Shown here in pieces: positions 47,416-62,800 of a DNA stretch of 64,000 nt. How positions within the stretch are numbered: position 1 is the stretch's first letter; each line of letters begins with the position of its first letter. A program made the position numbers and the translations under genes. A model generated the notes under the pieces. That model ran no database searches. It was not told the origin of the DNA and saw only the letters and a program-made list of their open reading frames with translations. The stretch covers positions 1-64,000 of the forward strand of contig JAYWIR010000092.1 of NCBI GenBank assembly GCA_036172245.1, in the 5' to 3' direction. The DNA comes from Raillietiella orientalis (Eukaryota).

Positions 47416-50400
47416 GACGTAAGCAAGAGTTTTGTTTTGCTTATGGATTTGTTGAATTTCTGTGTTTACATTTCGATTAGAGGTGTTCAATTGAATTCAA
47501 GGGGTTCCAAAATGTATGAAACCCGGTAAGCATTTATAAATTCCTTTATAGTGTACATGTAGAAACATGATTATATATAAGGTAAAGAAAGAAGAATTAG
47601 AGAACAATTGCAAACACACACATTAAAAATGGGGAAAAAAGGACATAGACTAAGGGTCAATAAGTGAATTAGCTTTCGTTTTCTTCAAAGCCTTTTCCAA
47701 TGTCGGTAATCCTTATTTTTAGAAGCAATCATTACGCAAGCAAGCTGAACCCTGATCCGATGGTCAATCTGTTGACTGTGCTATTCGAATGCCTGCCGTG
47801 GGAGTAATTTCTACCGAATTCTATGCATGAACTGACCCGAAAATTTTTTTCATGAGGTGCGAATGTTTCGCAAATTATCTTTTAGTAAAAGGTTTTGCCT
47901 TTGCAACGCTTTTCGTTCCTTCGTGGGAACCACGGAATTTTGGCAACAGCATTTCTGTTTTGCGGTGCTGATTATAGCATTCAGAAACAGATCCCAGCTT
48001 GCAAGCTGCAATGGTTTTGCATTCTTCATCAAACAGTGGGGTATGGCATACACGAACGTATGTCCATGCCTCCCTCAACAGTCATACAAAAACATTATGC
48101 ATAAGTCGCCGCGCCTTCTCGAATTCTGGAATAAGAGAGTGTCTTACCCGCGACCTCCTTGAATTTGACACAAACAGCTTTCTGGATATCCCTCAATTAC
48201 AATCGTGGTTTCACGGGGAACGCCGTTTACTGTCTGAAAGAAAATCATGTGAAGGATCGGAAGGTACAGTATAACTCTACCGTAACATCCACTGTGCAGT
48301 TTGTTGAGCGAGGAACATCAAAAGCAGGACCCCACGCCTGGATGCAGTGCTGATCTGATTTGTCATCTCTTGAAGTTACAAACAACAATGAGCATCCTCC
48401 CGTCAGATTCCAAAATCTAAAGTCAGCAGGGGACTGTCGACCTTGTAGCCCAATTTGAGTAGCCACGGTTGCTCCGAGCAACGCGGCCACTACAAGCAGC
48501 AGACTCCAAAACGTTTGATATCTTGCATGTCCAGCCTTTTGAAATCACGCGAATCATGAAAGAAATGTTAGGAAGATCAATGGCAGTCACTCTTCCGATC
48601 ACAAGAACACACGTAGTACTTTTCTGAGAAGGGTAAACGTCATTTGCAGACATACCAACAGCCGCACTCTTTGGCCGCGTTCCGCAGTCACAACACGAAG
48701 ATGAGAGCTCACGCGTTTGGAATCGACACAAGAACTCCCGGTTCATATTGCAGCAGATGTTCTAGCAGATAACGAGAGCCATCGCAGATTTTGTTTCGAA
48801 AGAGCCACTTCAGCATTGGAACATATGCTACCTATTCTCTCTCCGCACGCGCGCCGCAGGGGCAACCATTCTGCTAACAGGGCAGTTTCACGTGAGGAAC
48901 CAGGCGCTGTTCTTCATCGTCTAAAATCGGCGCAGGAATAATAGCGTGCTTGAAATGCAAACATTAGAGTTAGACCATGAGTCATGGATTTCCGATCACC
49001 GCAACGGAAGAAGTCGCCCAGGAGCTTTTAATTATAACGAAGAGGACGAATTTCTAGAGAAACAAGCAAAGCGTCAAGGCACGCCTCCGGTTTCAAATGC
49101 CATATGCCCAGATATTTCAGGGCACCGGTTTAGGCACATTTGTTTGCTTTCAGCCTCGCGCGTATGTTCTCAAACGATCACCGCAATTCTGTTGGCATCG
49201 CTGTGAACGAGCGTTATCGTACAAGACAGTTCTCACCATTTGCATCTTGATAAGCATCACAGCGCTCGGTTTCTTCTGCGCAGTTGTCGTGGTGATGAAT
49301 AAGCCACTGCGGGAAACGTAAACTGTGGGTGTTTCGATGTCTCTCCTGGAGATGAAGGCGGAATCTTTCGCTTTCCTGTTGCTAATGGCAGCGCAAAAGC
49401 CTGACACCGATGCTGGTATTGCATAGTGCTCCAGACACTTGGATGCTGAGTACCTGCTCTGCGTCACTCCTGCAGATGAGACCCATCTTTGCAGTAGTGC
49501 TTCTTCGGTGTTGCAGCAAATTCACAAGCGTGCATCTCGTTCAGGGAAGATTTCCTTTTTTTCTCTCTAGCGAGCCGTGTGCTCGAGATTTGGTGGACTG
49601 CCGAACCACCTTGCAGGTTGCGCACGAAAGAGGAAAAAAACTCGTGGACCGCGACGACTCTTTCCAGAAGCAAGGAAGGGATTCGCGCGGCGCCAATCCA
49701 ACGGCACAGAGGAAAAGAAACACATCGTATTTATTGTTCTCCATGTAAACGAGCTCCGCTAAAACTGGATGATCAGCGAATAGCACAGATTTATTCCGAG
49801 ATTTTTAAGTCCTTCAATTGGATTGCAAAACATTTACAAATCTAGCTCTCTGAGGAAAGCAATGGCCACATGGCAGTTGTCGTTCACAAAAAGTCTTTGG
49901 GAATCACATTGACAGATTTGAGCAATTTGCCTGTGTATGTTTTAAACGGAGCACAATGTGCCAAGGATCGACTCCGGTGTATTCAAGAAGCTGAAAATTA
50001 CTCCGTTGAGAAATCATGGTAAAGATACTAACAGTTCAAAGGTCATGTCTTTTGTCTTTTTTTTTTCTCTTTCTCCCGTTTTCTTTGTCAGTGGAAAAAA
50101 ACTTCCCGGCAAACAAGTCGGAAAGGACAAGAGCATAAGAAAATAAGAACAAATTGTTCTGACTGCAACACAAATACAGACGACAGGAATTAATAATTGT
50201 AAAATTTCTTTACTGATAAAAGAACCGGTTTACCCCGGTAAGAATCCCTCTTTCCTCAACCTGCACAACGGGCATCCGAACTAAAGTTTGTACAGTGCAG
50301 GAGGCGTGCCATGTATAGCATTCTCAAATAAAGAAACAGCAACACCACCTCTCCACACTTTATGGGAAGGGTGCCTCGGTTCCCACACGCTGGTCTGCAC

Positions 50401-51329
50401 TCTGCCTCAGGGTTCATACCAAGCATATTCAAGTACGAAAGCTCGCTATTACGTTAAAGTCGTGGACTCTTACTACAGCTTCCGGAGAGCTGTGGCCTTT
50501 CGACAAAACTCCTGCTGTACGTGCGCTTTTGCGTTCATGCTGCGTAAAATTGTGAACAGGAGACCTAAATCTCAGGCGCTCCATCGGCAAGAACACAGGC
50601 CAGGCACAGCAGATTTCTAAAAGCGTCGACCTACAAATGCGGCACTAGATCCTGAGAACAGTTGTGCATGAAGCATGTTGGGGAGAGGGTCATTGATGGG
50701 AGTGAAAAACAGTCGAGGAAGGGTATGGGTCAGTGGGGGTGAAGAAAGAAGGACATCTGAGTTGTTATTATAATTATTTGTTTGTGTATAATAATGTTAG
50801 TGTGATATACTCGAGCGACAGTAAAGAGCAATATTCGACGAGGATACCGAAAGATAATTATCGGCGCCAGTAATGAAAGGGGATGTATGGATGAAACAAC
50901 AACGTGCCTCATACAACCAGAATATCCGTACTTCCATCGCCCAATTCATCAGTTGCATCCTGAAGAAAAGGGCGTAAAGGAACATCCGTGTGTAGAATGC
51001 AAAAGCAGTGGATACCTGGAAATAAACTGAGATTAGGAGCAGTGGACGTGTTTCAATCTGGTCATACCATTAAATCCTGGCAAGAGTGAAGCAACATACT
51101 CTAGAAAGTGGAATCCCTACTAGAGCTGAGTGCAATGCTTTTAGGAAGAGCACATCAGAACGGGACCAGCAGGTGGGAACGAATGACATGGAAGAATGAC
51201 AGTGAAAGTGAAAGTGAGTACCAGACTACGGGTACTATCCACGGTTGTGCATATTGCGATCTTAAATGGTTGAATGAACTGTTTCCACATGCATGAGAAA
51301 TAAAGAAAAATTGCTCCTTCGCAGGTTGC

Positions 51330-51640
51330 CTGACCGCCCGTTGCCTCTTTCCTAGTGGTGCACCGTCGCTATTCCGAGTTTTGATAAGGAACCAGGCACC
51401 TATCTTATTCTGATTGTGTGAAGTAGTGGTTACTGTAGAAGCAGTGAAATGGAAAAAGCGGAGTGCAAGAAGCTTGTCCCAGAAAGGTAGCGTCACGCGT
51501 AGCCACGTAGAAGGCCTGTCTTTTTTGTTAACCACGTCCACACTGCAGGCTAGCTTTGAGGATTACTCCCATTTGATCCACGGTGGAACGGACTTGAATG
51601 TGAACAGAAATAAGAGCGTAGTGGATGCAGCGTGAATGAG
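51330..51640 (+). pseudogene. Ancient fossil of the same LINE RT group
   Basis: SFLLTTSTLQASFEDYSHLIHGGTDLNVNRNKSVV aligns by eye with LLLLPMSTPASAVEDFFDLLSRGTGLTVNRAKSSV. Confidence 0.55.
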
Positions 51641-53599
51641 TCCGCGTGGAAATCCAAGTGAGGAGTCACTAAAAGTGAGATGGAGATTCGTTGTGTGTCC
51701 TCGAAACAGCCAAAGCGCATTGATACTGTTTTCATAAGGCCAGGCATCTTCAACCACAAACCTTCAAGCAAGATGCACTTCATTAAACCGACTGTCTCTC
51801 GGAACATCTTCTGGTTTTGTTGCTCGACCCCTTTTATTCCTTTGTAGGTTCCTCATCGAAATGGATCAGCAGGCTGTGTGTCAACTGATAAGCAATCTTG
51901 GAGGATTTGTCAGGTCCAGGATTCGCGTCAAAGGCTCCGCAGCTGCGCCTCTTATTGCTGCTGAAATCATCCTTACGTCGGATAGATTCGGAATGCAAGC
52001 GATGATCCGAAACCTGTATCAAGCGGTTAACTTTCTCGATTTCCACGCCTGCAGGCATTTTAATACGGTGATGCGTCGGCAGCGAAATTCCGCTGTCGTT
52101 GCTGGCAGGTACTCACTACAGAATGAGGAACAACTGGAAGCAGCTTCTAACGTTAAGCATTCCCCTCAAAAGTTGATGCACAGTCGTGAATCTTCTGTGA
52201 CCTAGGGAAACCAGCGTTTCACGGCAGAAGGCAGTTGGCTACTAAAATGCGTTGTGGAGATTGACTCCAGAAGACCTTTTTTTTCTACGAATTTGGTACC
52301 ATGTGCTAAGGTACTAGCAGTTTAAGAGGAGAAGGTTGACAGTTAACCGGTAACTGAGCATGGATCTCAGCATTCCCACCGCTGGACTGCCTGTATATAG
52401 GACAAGAAGTAACAGTATCCCACGAGCTGAGTGGAAGATGTCCTGCATCGTGACGTGCAGGAGAAAACCAATTGGAGACTACGAGAAGAGAGCAGTCCAG
52501 TGCCCTAGCAGCTGGAACTTCCTTCATTGACCGCCACGGTGAGGCGACATCTAGGGTGTTAGTTCTGTAGAGCTTCTGGTCCTTTTTTGTTGTTTGGGCG
52601 CCTCAATGCTCTTTTACTCATGGAAGCCTGCATTAGTGATTTTGATTCCCTTTGCATCCCGGTACAACAAACAACGGTATCCAGTCCCAGGAGAGGTTGC
52701 CTTTCTGGAATCTGCAAGGTACGATTCAAAGAAGTACATCTCTCACCTGCCCATGAATTGCGGTACACAACATAAACCGTTACGTTCACGGCAACATTTC
52801 CATGAGAGATGATTTTCGGATAACGAAAGCGTGGTCTCGTGGAAATGGAGAGGGAACACTATACAATGCAATACCGAAATACAGCTTGTACGATTGAGAC
52901 AATAAATGGTAGTCACCTGCATCCGGTATTCAAGTAGCATGTACGCATGTGTGCATGCATCTCACGTAATAAGCATAAACTCACCCCATCTTGACGATCT
53001 GGATTATACTTCCCTTCTGGTAGAAATCGAGAGAAGCACCGAGAATCCGCGAAAGACAGGGAAAAAGCCACAATCGCGTGGGGTTCCCCCGAATCATTCC
53101 AAGAATGGCATTGTATGAAAATAACATTGCGTGCGATGTGTTGCGGAGATGGAATGCACCATGGAGCCTTTACCCGGCCGAAGTTATGGCAACTATTGGT
53201 GGCATCCGTGCCACCATCGGGGCTCGATTAATGCCGAAAATTACCAGTCGGTGAATGGGAAACACTAGAAGGGATACACCAAGACTACTGCAAAGTGATC
53301 TGATTACGAAATGGGGGCCACGGAGGAAATCTATCGCATCCGGGTTGCTGGTTCGAGGCCAATTGCAAAGAAAGACTCTGTGATCGTTTTCCATTCTACA
53401 TCTTTGTTTCTATTGCTCCGATTCCACATTCCTATTTGCTTCGTAAGTTTTCCATGTTTTCTTTTGGGTTCAGTTGCACGCAGAATGATTAGAAGGATTC
53501 TCAGCTCTTCTCACCCGATTTATACAGTTTTCTTGTCATTTGTTCGCTTCATTGTTTGGAAATCTTGTTGACAAGGGTTGAGTGTGGATGCATCTTGCT

Positions 53600-56500
53600 A
53601 ACCATTGCGGTGCTCTAACCGTCGTTTGAAAAGTGGAGAATCAACTGGTTTATTTTAAATAAAGTATCGCGAACAAATGACGAAAAATTGGTTGCTGTTA
53701 TTGTTTTAGTGGGGGTCTCTCCATACGATTTTCAGAAGAAGCTGCATCTCTTGCATAATATTTTAATCATTTGTTTTTTCTTGCAGGCTTCCATTCCTCT
53801 TAGATTTTTAGCATAAAGCAGAGAGGAATTATGAGCGCGTTCAAAAGAAGACGGAAACGAAGGTACAGGGGCTCGAAAATGTCCCTGGTGCTGCCTTCTG
53901 CAATGTCTAGGGTGATTGACAGACGATCGCACATGATACGCAGGGCGGCACACTTCAACACATTACTTCAATTCGCTTTCACGCCGAAACCTTGCAAGGA
54001 AAACGATTATTGTGGAAGAAAATCCTGGAGAATGTTTTCCCCAGGTTTTCCTTTCACAATAATCGTGGTGTTGGAGCAACTCCGATGTGGACACATAGGT
54101 AATTCACTCGATCCACCGTGCGGAATCCTTCTTTCGTGAGTGCGCAGAGATCCAGTTCTCCGAGTGGCAAAAGCTGGTTCTTCTCGGCGTTGATCTTTAA
54201 GCTTAATCCTTTATTTATAAGCACCAACACATGCAGAGAACCTCGCTGATCTCCCTCTTATTTTAAGAAGAAGACAAGATCGCTTGCATAAGCCAGATGG
54301 GTGAGTCTGTGGCTGTTCACGTTGAAACCTTGAAGGTATCCAAATCTCTCGATGAACAACGAGAGGGCTTCCATGTAGATGACAAACACGCTCGGACTTA
54401 AAGCATCGCTCTGGCGGACTCTGCGTTCCATCCGGAAAGCTGTTGTCGTTTCACCGTTAATATTGATGCGGAAGTTTTGTTCTTCAAGTACCGTCTTCAC
54501 AAAGTTGGCGAAGTATTCCGGGAGACCCAGTCTTCCTAGAATCTTCAGCAGCATACCGAGGTCCACCGTATCCAAAGCCGTCTACATGTCAGTGAATCCC
54601 AGTAACAAGTTATCACAGATTCTCAGCTGAGTCCAATGGTAGCTTGGGCGCACTTCACATGTTCCGACATGTGGCGTCCAGGCAAGGCACATGTCTGGAC
54701 CGGAAGATCAGTTTCGGCATGACCTTGCTTAAGCGGTTGGCTCAGATCTTCTCCAACCACTTTGCGTCGGGGTTGAGGATAGATATTGGCCTCCATTGGT
54801 GACCTACGTCAGCTCACCTTCTTTTGGCAGCAATCGCATCCTACTCTAGTGAAAGCATTGCGGTAGTCGTCCTTCGTCCTTGGTGCGTAGCGTCAGCAGG
54901 TGGAACAAACGCTCGTAGGGATGCTGGCACCGTTGATAGTGTGCGATGGGAACACTATCAGGGCACGCAACCACATCCTTGCGGAGGTCCTGAAACGCAG
55001 CTTTCACTTCTTAGGAGAATTTTTCATGGAGGATCCTTCGATTGCTTTCGTCGACACTTGTCTCCAGATGTTTCAAGAAACTATTTTCATATGAATTGCA
55101 CAGAAGTCTGAGTCGTAAGTGTTCAAAATAGTGTCTTTGGATGGTTTCAATGATATCCTCGAACGTGTGTTTGGCGCGACCATCGTACTAGATGCAGAAG
55201 ATATCTGTTGCCAGATCCCGCTTCTCTAGAACGCCGACTTCTACCTTGAAGTTTTGGAAGACGTACAGAATCTCGAACTGTATCCAATACGTCAAGAGGG
55301 AGAGGTCTTGGATGTTCAGCTACCGATCCGGTTACCGCCTCAATCTCTTATCACCGAACTGTATGCTGCAGAAAAGGTGGACTCGGTGTTTCAAGCTATC
55401 CCAGTCGGCGAATCTACTGATAATGGTCGTCTGCTGTATGGCCTCTATTAGCTCTTGGTAGTAGGGTAGCGTGTCGAAGCAGGCGGGCATGCAGATGAGC
55501 GCCTACATGAGTGCCTGCTTTTGCCGAGGTTTTGCAGTTCTCAAGGAAAACCTTATTAACGGGAGCTCCAACACTGAGTGAAGCGTGTCAGGAAACCCAA
55601 GAAGCGGTTCCCTATGTCGGAGCTGCAGAGGATATGGCTGGTTGTTAGCCATAGCAGTCCGAAATCGTCGGACAGGCCGCCGTTACGCCGTACTGCCCCT
55701 GATGTCACGGAAATAGACGACTTCATCGGGTATGTTGAAGTCCCCAACGATGATGACGATGTCCTCCGGTGCGACCGTTTATCGGAGGGTTTCGTCGAGC
55801 GTCTCCGCGCACCGATATTTATGTTAATAAGGTTCCTAAACATCCAACAGGAACAGGAGAACGTTTGCGGACCAGGACAAAAGTAAGACTATGACTCTTC
55901 CAGGTATGCGACGGAAGTTTCGAGGTTAGTGGCGGCGAGCTCGTTCTTGTTTGAGATCGCCATCCCCAAGGTATCTTCTGTTCTTTGCTGGTAAGCAGTT
56001 TGGCGTTCAATAGCCTTTACAAGTAAAGGCTCAATTCCTGTCCCATCAGGTGAGTTTCTTGTAGGCACACGATGTCGTATTGAACGATGTTCCGCACTAT
56101 TCTCCTCCTTCTTTTTGGTCTTGAGGTCCATTAACATTCTAAGAGGCGATGTGTAGTCTCCTGGAGGTGGACAAAGACGAAACCATCAAGGGAATGTATT
56201 TTTTGAGCTTTCTGAGCTTCTTCTGTCGGGGAGAACGTTGTATTCTTCCTGAGAAAGAAGAAGAGGGCTTCTGGTTTCCGGCATTGCTGTGCGTGCTGCT
56301 TTTGTCTGTCATGTCGTGTTCTTCCATCGAGCGTTCGGCTGTGGGTACCTGCTTGCGCAGGAAGGTCTCCGAGCTGACCGTCGCGCCTTGGGCCGCCTTA
56401 ACCTCGAAAAGCTTGGTCTTCAGCTTTTCGCGTTCGCATGCCTCCACCAAATCACTGATGTCCTGCTGGACCTCGCAGATGCGAGTCAGGATTTGCTGTT

Positions 56501-56880
56501 GCTGCACTCTGGTGCACCTACACCACAAGATTCACAACCTTTTGGGTGAACTGCAAGACCTCTTGCGTCGCCAGGTTGGATTCATGAATCTCTACTTTGT
56601 CGCCTTCCTCTGCTTCTCTGTATGCATTTGAGGCATCAACATCTCCGCCGAAACCTTCTTCCTCACCAAGGGAGATTCCACGCAACGTCCACGAAACTTT
56701 TTCGAAAGCCATTCTGACTATCGGTGTTCAATGATTGAGACGCAATCGGAAGCGAGGGCGGTGCAAAACTAAAGTAACAATCTCGGAGGTGAGGATCCTC
56801 CTCGACTTTGCTTTCTACTACCTTTGGATTTCTGCGGCCAAGACGTGATCGAATTTGTGCTCTCAAAGCATTCTGGCGAT
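53600..56880 (-). mobile_element. Old solitary L1-like LINE of a different family (boundaries uncertain)
   Basis: IVIIVGDFN at ~55735-55761; QWRPISILNPDAK at ~54765-54800; ORF 54258-54575 has RQSDALSP and HLAYASDLVFF; possible ORF1 remnant at 56139-56870. Confidence 0.8.
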
Positions 56881-59800
56881 TTTTGGCGATAAGCCCATTG
56901 AAATTTAAATTTGAATTGCGTGTATCGTCTGTGCAGATTATGAATGTATCACATATGTAAATTCAGGTGTTTCGTTGGAATTTGAAAAGATGGGGCAACT
57001 TACTTTTCTTAGGAGGACATTAGGAACCACGTGACCCCTGGGAAATGAAAGAATGGTTTCCATGTTCCGAAAACTTTCATGAACAGTATGAAACACATTG
57101 TGAGATTCCATAGAATGCACTCGCGCCATACCGTGACATCTACTGAGCATTCCACATCCGAAGAGATGGCATTCCATTGATTCAAAACTTCTCCCCGCAC
57201 GGTTGGACATCCGCAGAAGAACGTGGAAGAGAAAAGCACCAGATAACACCATCCAAGGATATCCAGAAACTGCTGAATGGAAAAAACAGGACCGGAGGAT
57301 TTATGGGAAGTTCCTGGCAGGGATTCCTACTCTTAAGAAAGGAAGAGACGAATAGCAGAAGCCATTAAAATCGCTCAATGTGACACAGGAATGCTCTCAC
57401 GATGTCATCCAGGATTAAGTTCACCCAGTTACTGATTCGAAAAAGAAAACCGTATCATCCCTCTCCATCGCTCATGCGTGCGGAAAAAACGAGAAACGAG
57501 AACTCATACGACAAATTACCATGCATATAGTGTGTTCTCAACGTTTGTTACCTGGTAATTTTCATCTTGAGAATTCTAGTAAAGGCAATTGGAAACACAG
57601 GCCATGAAGTAAGGATGAAACCTCAAACTCAGGGTGTATCCAATTGATCTGGAAGTTCCACATACGAGTTACAAGAACTAGAATGGTCTCAATGGACAGC
57701 GTTGTGCTAAGCGAGTGGCATTCCACTCCAAACGAAGCAGCTCCCCTTTATAAGAGGGTACATTGGTTCATTTCAATACGGCTGGCAGCCTTGAGTAATG
57801 AGCAGCTGTACGACTAAATATTGCGCAACTTAGGTTGTTGCCGATTCTTGGCCTTGCTTTGATTCAGGCTCTTAACTCGGAGTAGCGGGTTAGCGCACCA
57901 ATCCGCCGATTCCGATGAGCACTCTTCAGGCGTGATCTGCCAATTTAATCAGCAGAAGCTTGAGAAATGCCAGAAATTCTCACTAAATTTATTCTCCAAG
58001 GATGTGTCACTTCGCAAGTCTTTTTTGTCAGTGTTTCCTGGTATTTACTGGAGTCGTGGATGCACAAGGAAGCGTTGCGCCAAATGCGAAAACAGAATTT
58101 CCTTACTCCAGATGGTTTCCAGATTCGCTCGTTTAGCGATGTCTGCAAGCAATGCAGGCCCCTAAGCACAGATGAGAGAACTCCGAAATGATTGACTTAC
58201 TTTTATTGGAGAATTCAAAATCTAAACATGCGTGATTTCAGCAGATGCCAACCACACATACAATTCTGCATTGCTTTCCTGTGGGATATTCATTTCAGGA
58301 CTGTTCCTCGATAACACCCTACTTCTATCTGTTACGAAGAAACGTAAGTTAATCCTCCTGGAGGGAACTAAGCATTTGTACAATTTGGCTCTCGTAATTT
58401 ATAACGTATTACACTCAAGCTGTTATGTACCTTCCTAGCAAGCAGCGTAAACCCTTTAAACTTTACAGGTGAAAGAATGAGATATTTTCAAATCTCAATC
58501 CGATATCGGCAAACCTGAATTTCAAATTCAAGTGCAACCTGGGGAAGATGGATGCCGATAGGTAGGTTTTAAATGCTTCCTCATGTTTCTCGCTCAAACG
58601 GAATGCATCCTTCTTTCGGAAGCCATAAATTAGTTGCTGCTTATGGCGAAACCAATTAAGATAAACGATTGAGGTGAAGACAACGACAACCAATGTAAGA
58701 GTGCTTCAAGACAATGAAACTTTACAGTTTATCAATTAAGATGATCTACAAAGTCATCAGTGCATTCTTCTCTGCAGAACCACTATTCGTTGAGCCATCC
58801 GAGAATAAATCAGAAATGACCTCATGGAAGAATCAAGTGTTAAATACTGAGAAAAGATTGAGGTGCTACGTGATCGTAATCCACGGATCATCCAAGTGTT
58901 GCTTCAGCGGGTTTTTCGCAGAACCGTGTTTATCGTAAAGATATATATAAATATAGATATGAAGTTCTGTGAAAAATTGCCTTGATTTCCACACGGCATC
59001 TGAGGTGCAGGAACGGAAATTTGGCATAGATTCTTCGGTTGGAGCTTCAACGGGTGTTCATCGTAACGATTACTATTACTCAATCAAACTTTGCTGGAGC
59101 TGAAAATTGTTCCCGACACATCACAGAATTCATTTTTCACTCCGATTAATCTGGAAATTCAAAAGTTACGATACGTTGTTTGAGATGCGGATAAGCAGGG
59201 CATTAATTATCAAAATCTACACAACAAAATTTTTCCGACGTCCTCATAGAAGTATGTTTATCCTTAACACGTGATTACGGCTGTTTGGAATCACTTGCCA
59301 TTGCCCGCCAGCAGGCCGGGAAAATCCCTGCTATTAGCGATAGGGAATAGCAAACCACCAAAAAAAAAGAAATCAAACGAAAACATAAAGGGAGAACAAA
59401 TTTTTACGGGAAATGGACGGAGGTGAAGAGATCACCGTTCGCCTCGAGTAGTCCTCTGCATTAGGTTGTACATGAGCCCAAGTGCTGGTCGCAAGGTTCC
59501 TAACCGGCGCCATCAGAAAGCTATCTCCATGTTGATTGCAGCCCAGTGAATGAGGTCCAGTCTGCTTACCACCTGAATGTGCCGAGGCGTATATTCGAAA
59601 ACCATCCCGGAACAAATGTTCCCAGGAAAGGACGCAGAAGAACGAGAAAAGAGAGACTCCACACGAGGGTAGATGAAACTGAAAGTCAAATACAAGAGGG
59701 AGGGAACCACAAATAAATATATGAAGAAAAAAAAAATAGGAGTGTCGTGGACACGGATCTTTGACTTGGGTCCTTCCTTAATTTTAAACCAATGTTGAAT

Positions 59801-62800
59801 GTCGGGAATCCCCTTCTTAACGTCCTCTGAAAGATGAAGCCACAGAGCCGATGAGGACACCTTATCATCGGCTAAACTGTTGGCCTCTCCTTAAACTGGC
59901 TACGATTCGAACCGAAGGCGGGCTGCGGGGATGGTGCGGATGCAAGAGATCGTTGCGATCAACGCAATTAACGACACTCCGCCTGACGCGAAAGGAAGGC
60001 ACGTTGAAATCCTTGCGGTGATCCCTTGGTGAAACAGCAGTGAAGTCAAAATTTATCTGAGAATGTGGAGTGAGTCAGAATTTTTGGAACATTTGCTAGC
60101 ACACTGAACTTGCAGGCAAATTGTCAAATATTCGTTTATAGATACAGCAACTATTAGCGAAAAGAATCTCTAGAAAGTGGAATGTCCATTATACGCGAAC
60201 TATACACTAATTCTTTTCCTCCTTCACTGTATGTGCATCCTGTTTTGATGCATATAGTATGGGACTGGAAATTTGTGTCTTTGTGCTTGCAAAATTGCTT
60301 TATCCCATGTGGTTTTGTTGGAAACCGATATCTTTGCGGTAATGAAGTTGTCTCACATTCGAAATGCAAATAGACAGTCCCTTATTATGACCAAAAATTG
60401 ACACAGTGTTCTCAAAAGAAAATTAACGAACACCTATACAAAAAAACTAAAGGAAAACGTAGGCTGCCTGCGGAGATCCAAAGGTGCATATGTCAAGAGA
60501 GGAGTTCTTGCAACATTTGCGGAAAACCCTAAATCCTGGAGCGAGAGAAGATCCTAAACACTTACGGCGAGGCAAAGGAAGATTTCTTCCAAATAAGGAG
60601 TGCTCAGTTCAGTATCCCATGAAAGCTCCTTGCCACGCATGAACGTGCCTTTCTTACCGGTAAACAGGCTACCGACTGATTGGGTGTCGGAAAGAGAAGT
60701 ACCAGGAATACGTCTGAAGAAGACTTGCGCCATTATTTGATAAAGTACGGAATCTAATTCTTTCCTCTTCAGTACATGCACGCAGATAAAAAGACCGATG
60801 GCACCCGGGAGAAACATTTGCTCGGCACTACTGAACAGAATATTGATAGGCGCTCATACCGTTTAAGAAACGATGCTGCACAATTCCTTCCGGCTGGGTT
60901 TTCCTTGTGAGAGACATTTGAGTACACTCATTCCGAGTCTACTGCAAAGATTACGGTCAATAATCTTGTGAAGAAATTGATATTGAGATTCTTCAATCTA
61001 TCTTTAGAACGTAGCTGTGTTCCGGCTAGGACAAAGCGCTGAATGACGTGCATTTTCCCGCTATCGGTCTTCCAAAGTGCCGCCGTACACCCAAATTCAA
61101 TGTTAGGTTCAAAAAAGTTCAACTTCCCACCGTGCTTTACACTTCAAAATCAAATCCCTTTAGACTACTTTAATCAGGATATATGTGTCTGAAAATGAGC
61201 TTCCGAAGTGCATTAAGCAATCGATTCTCACCTGGTTTTCGCCAGGTCGTTTATTACAAGCAAACTCAAACCCCCTACACTTAAAACCAGTGATCCAGCC
61301 ACGCCCGCAGAAACACAGAGCCTCTGAGGCAAGGTTTCGCAAGGCGGTACAGTCCACCACGGCAGCAGGGAGAAGCGGAAACAAACAAAAAAATGCAAAA
61401 CGTGGGAAAGTGAGAAGGGATCAGGGATCATCATCATGTACGGAGCAGAATTGCTCGCCTCTGTAAGAATGGCACTGGCTGCTACATCAGGATCGGCTCT
61501 TCCAGGGAATACATCTTGGGTATGCAGAGAAAAAAGAATGCATTGCTGTTTCCATTGTGTGGAAAACGAATGATGCCAATGCATACGCTGCCAATGCATC
61601 TACAATCCTCTGTACTTTGCGAGACTCTCACAACGAGAATATGGTCGTTTGACTTCTTTTGCAGCCTCTATTCGTTTTTTCTTCTGCAAAGATTTCTCTG
61701 AAGTATGTTGTTGCAGAAAAAGCTTGTTCAAAAAAGCTTCTATGTACTTGGACTTCCATTTTACCGAGATAGATCGATTTTCATTTCATATGCCTCTACT
61801 CTTTATTTATGAATTACATTTTACGTTGATGGTACCGAAGTAACCAAGTAACAAACGCCAGAGAAGTAAGAAACCTAAACCGGACTACTTTTGAAGAATC
61901 TGTCTAATCACAGAAGAGTTTTCCATTTGCTGTGGGCGCTTCCTCGTTTTGAGATCATGAGCTATTGGTCTTGCAGTTTGTGCAAAGGAAGCGAAAGCCC
62001 CGTGATCTAAGAAAAAAGTTGCTCGTTTCTCAACTTGCTAGTGGCCTGGGAGGCAATTGACTTCATATGTAAATTTTACTTGCCTTTGCTAATAAACAAA
62101 CAAGGAAAAGAAAAACTCGGTTCTTCCAAACCTTCAAGGTACCATGCAGTGTGGCTGACATCCCTCTTGGCGCACAGTAAGCATGCGAACTTATCAGCTC
62201 GAGCGGAGATGTCCGAACGTCTCTATAGGCAATGAAACTACGAAACGCCTGATTTCTATGTTCGCCAATCGCCAACCATCAATGTTTTTCTTCTCGATTT
62301 CGCGACCATCGTACCATTTTTGTTATACGATGAAGGCAATCCTACAAACCAGTATCCGTGTTCCTCCCCAGAACTTTTCATTAGCGTCACACAGGGTGTC
62401 GTGAATCTGTTCCCCGTGATCTCTCATCTTGGAGAAATCAGCTTTAGCGATCCCTCTTTTACAGTATAAACCAACTTTTCTTTTCCAAACACACATGGAA
62501 AAAATAAAATTTAGTTTGTGTTCCCTTATTTGGATCGTTATGAAACCCATGCCGTGCCATAAATTCAGCAGACCTTTATGTCAATGCACACCCTTCCAAT
62601 GGAACCAAAGAACAAGCGGTTAATAGCTTCCCTTTAGCAATCATGTGAAAGCGATTGAGCTCTTTAGTTTCGTCACTTTGATCAGGTAGCTTCCTGGAAT
62701 TCCAGCCAGCAATTCAAGTTCTTCGGAAAAGTACAATTTGCCACGAATGGTGTCTGCAGTATCAGTTTTTCATTTTCTCTTCCAGGGAGTCTGAAACAAA

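Noticed and set aside
59846..59873. Perfect 9-bp hairpin AGCCGATGA/TCATCGGCT
   Set aside because: Single, short and without supporting context; compatible with chance
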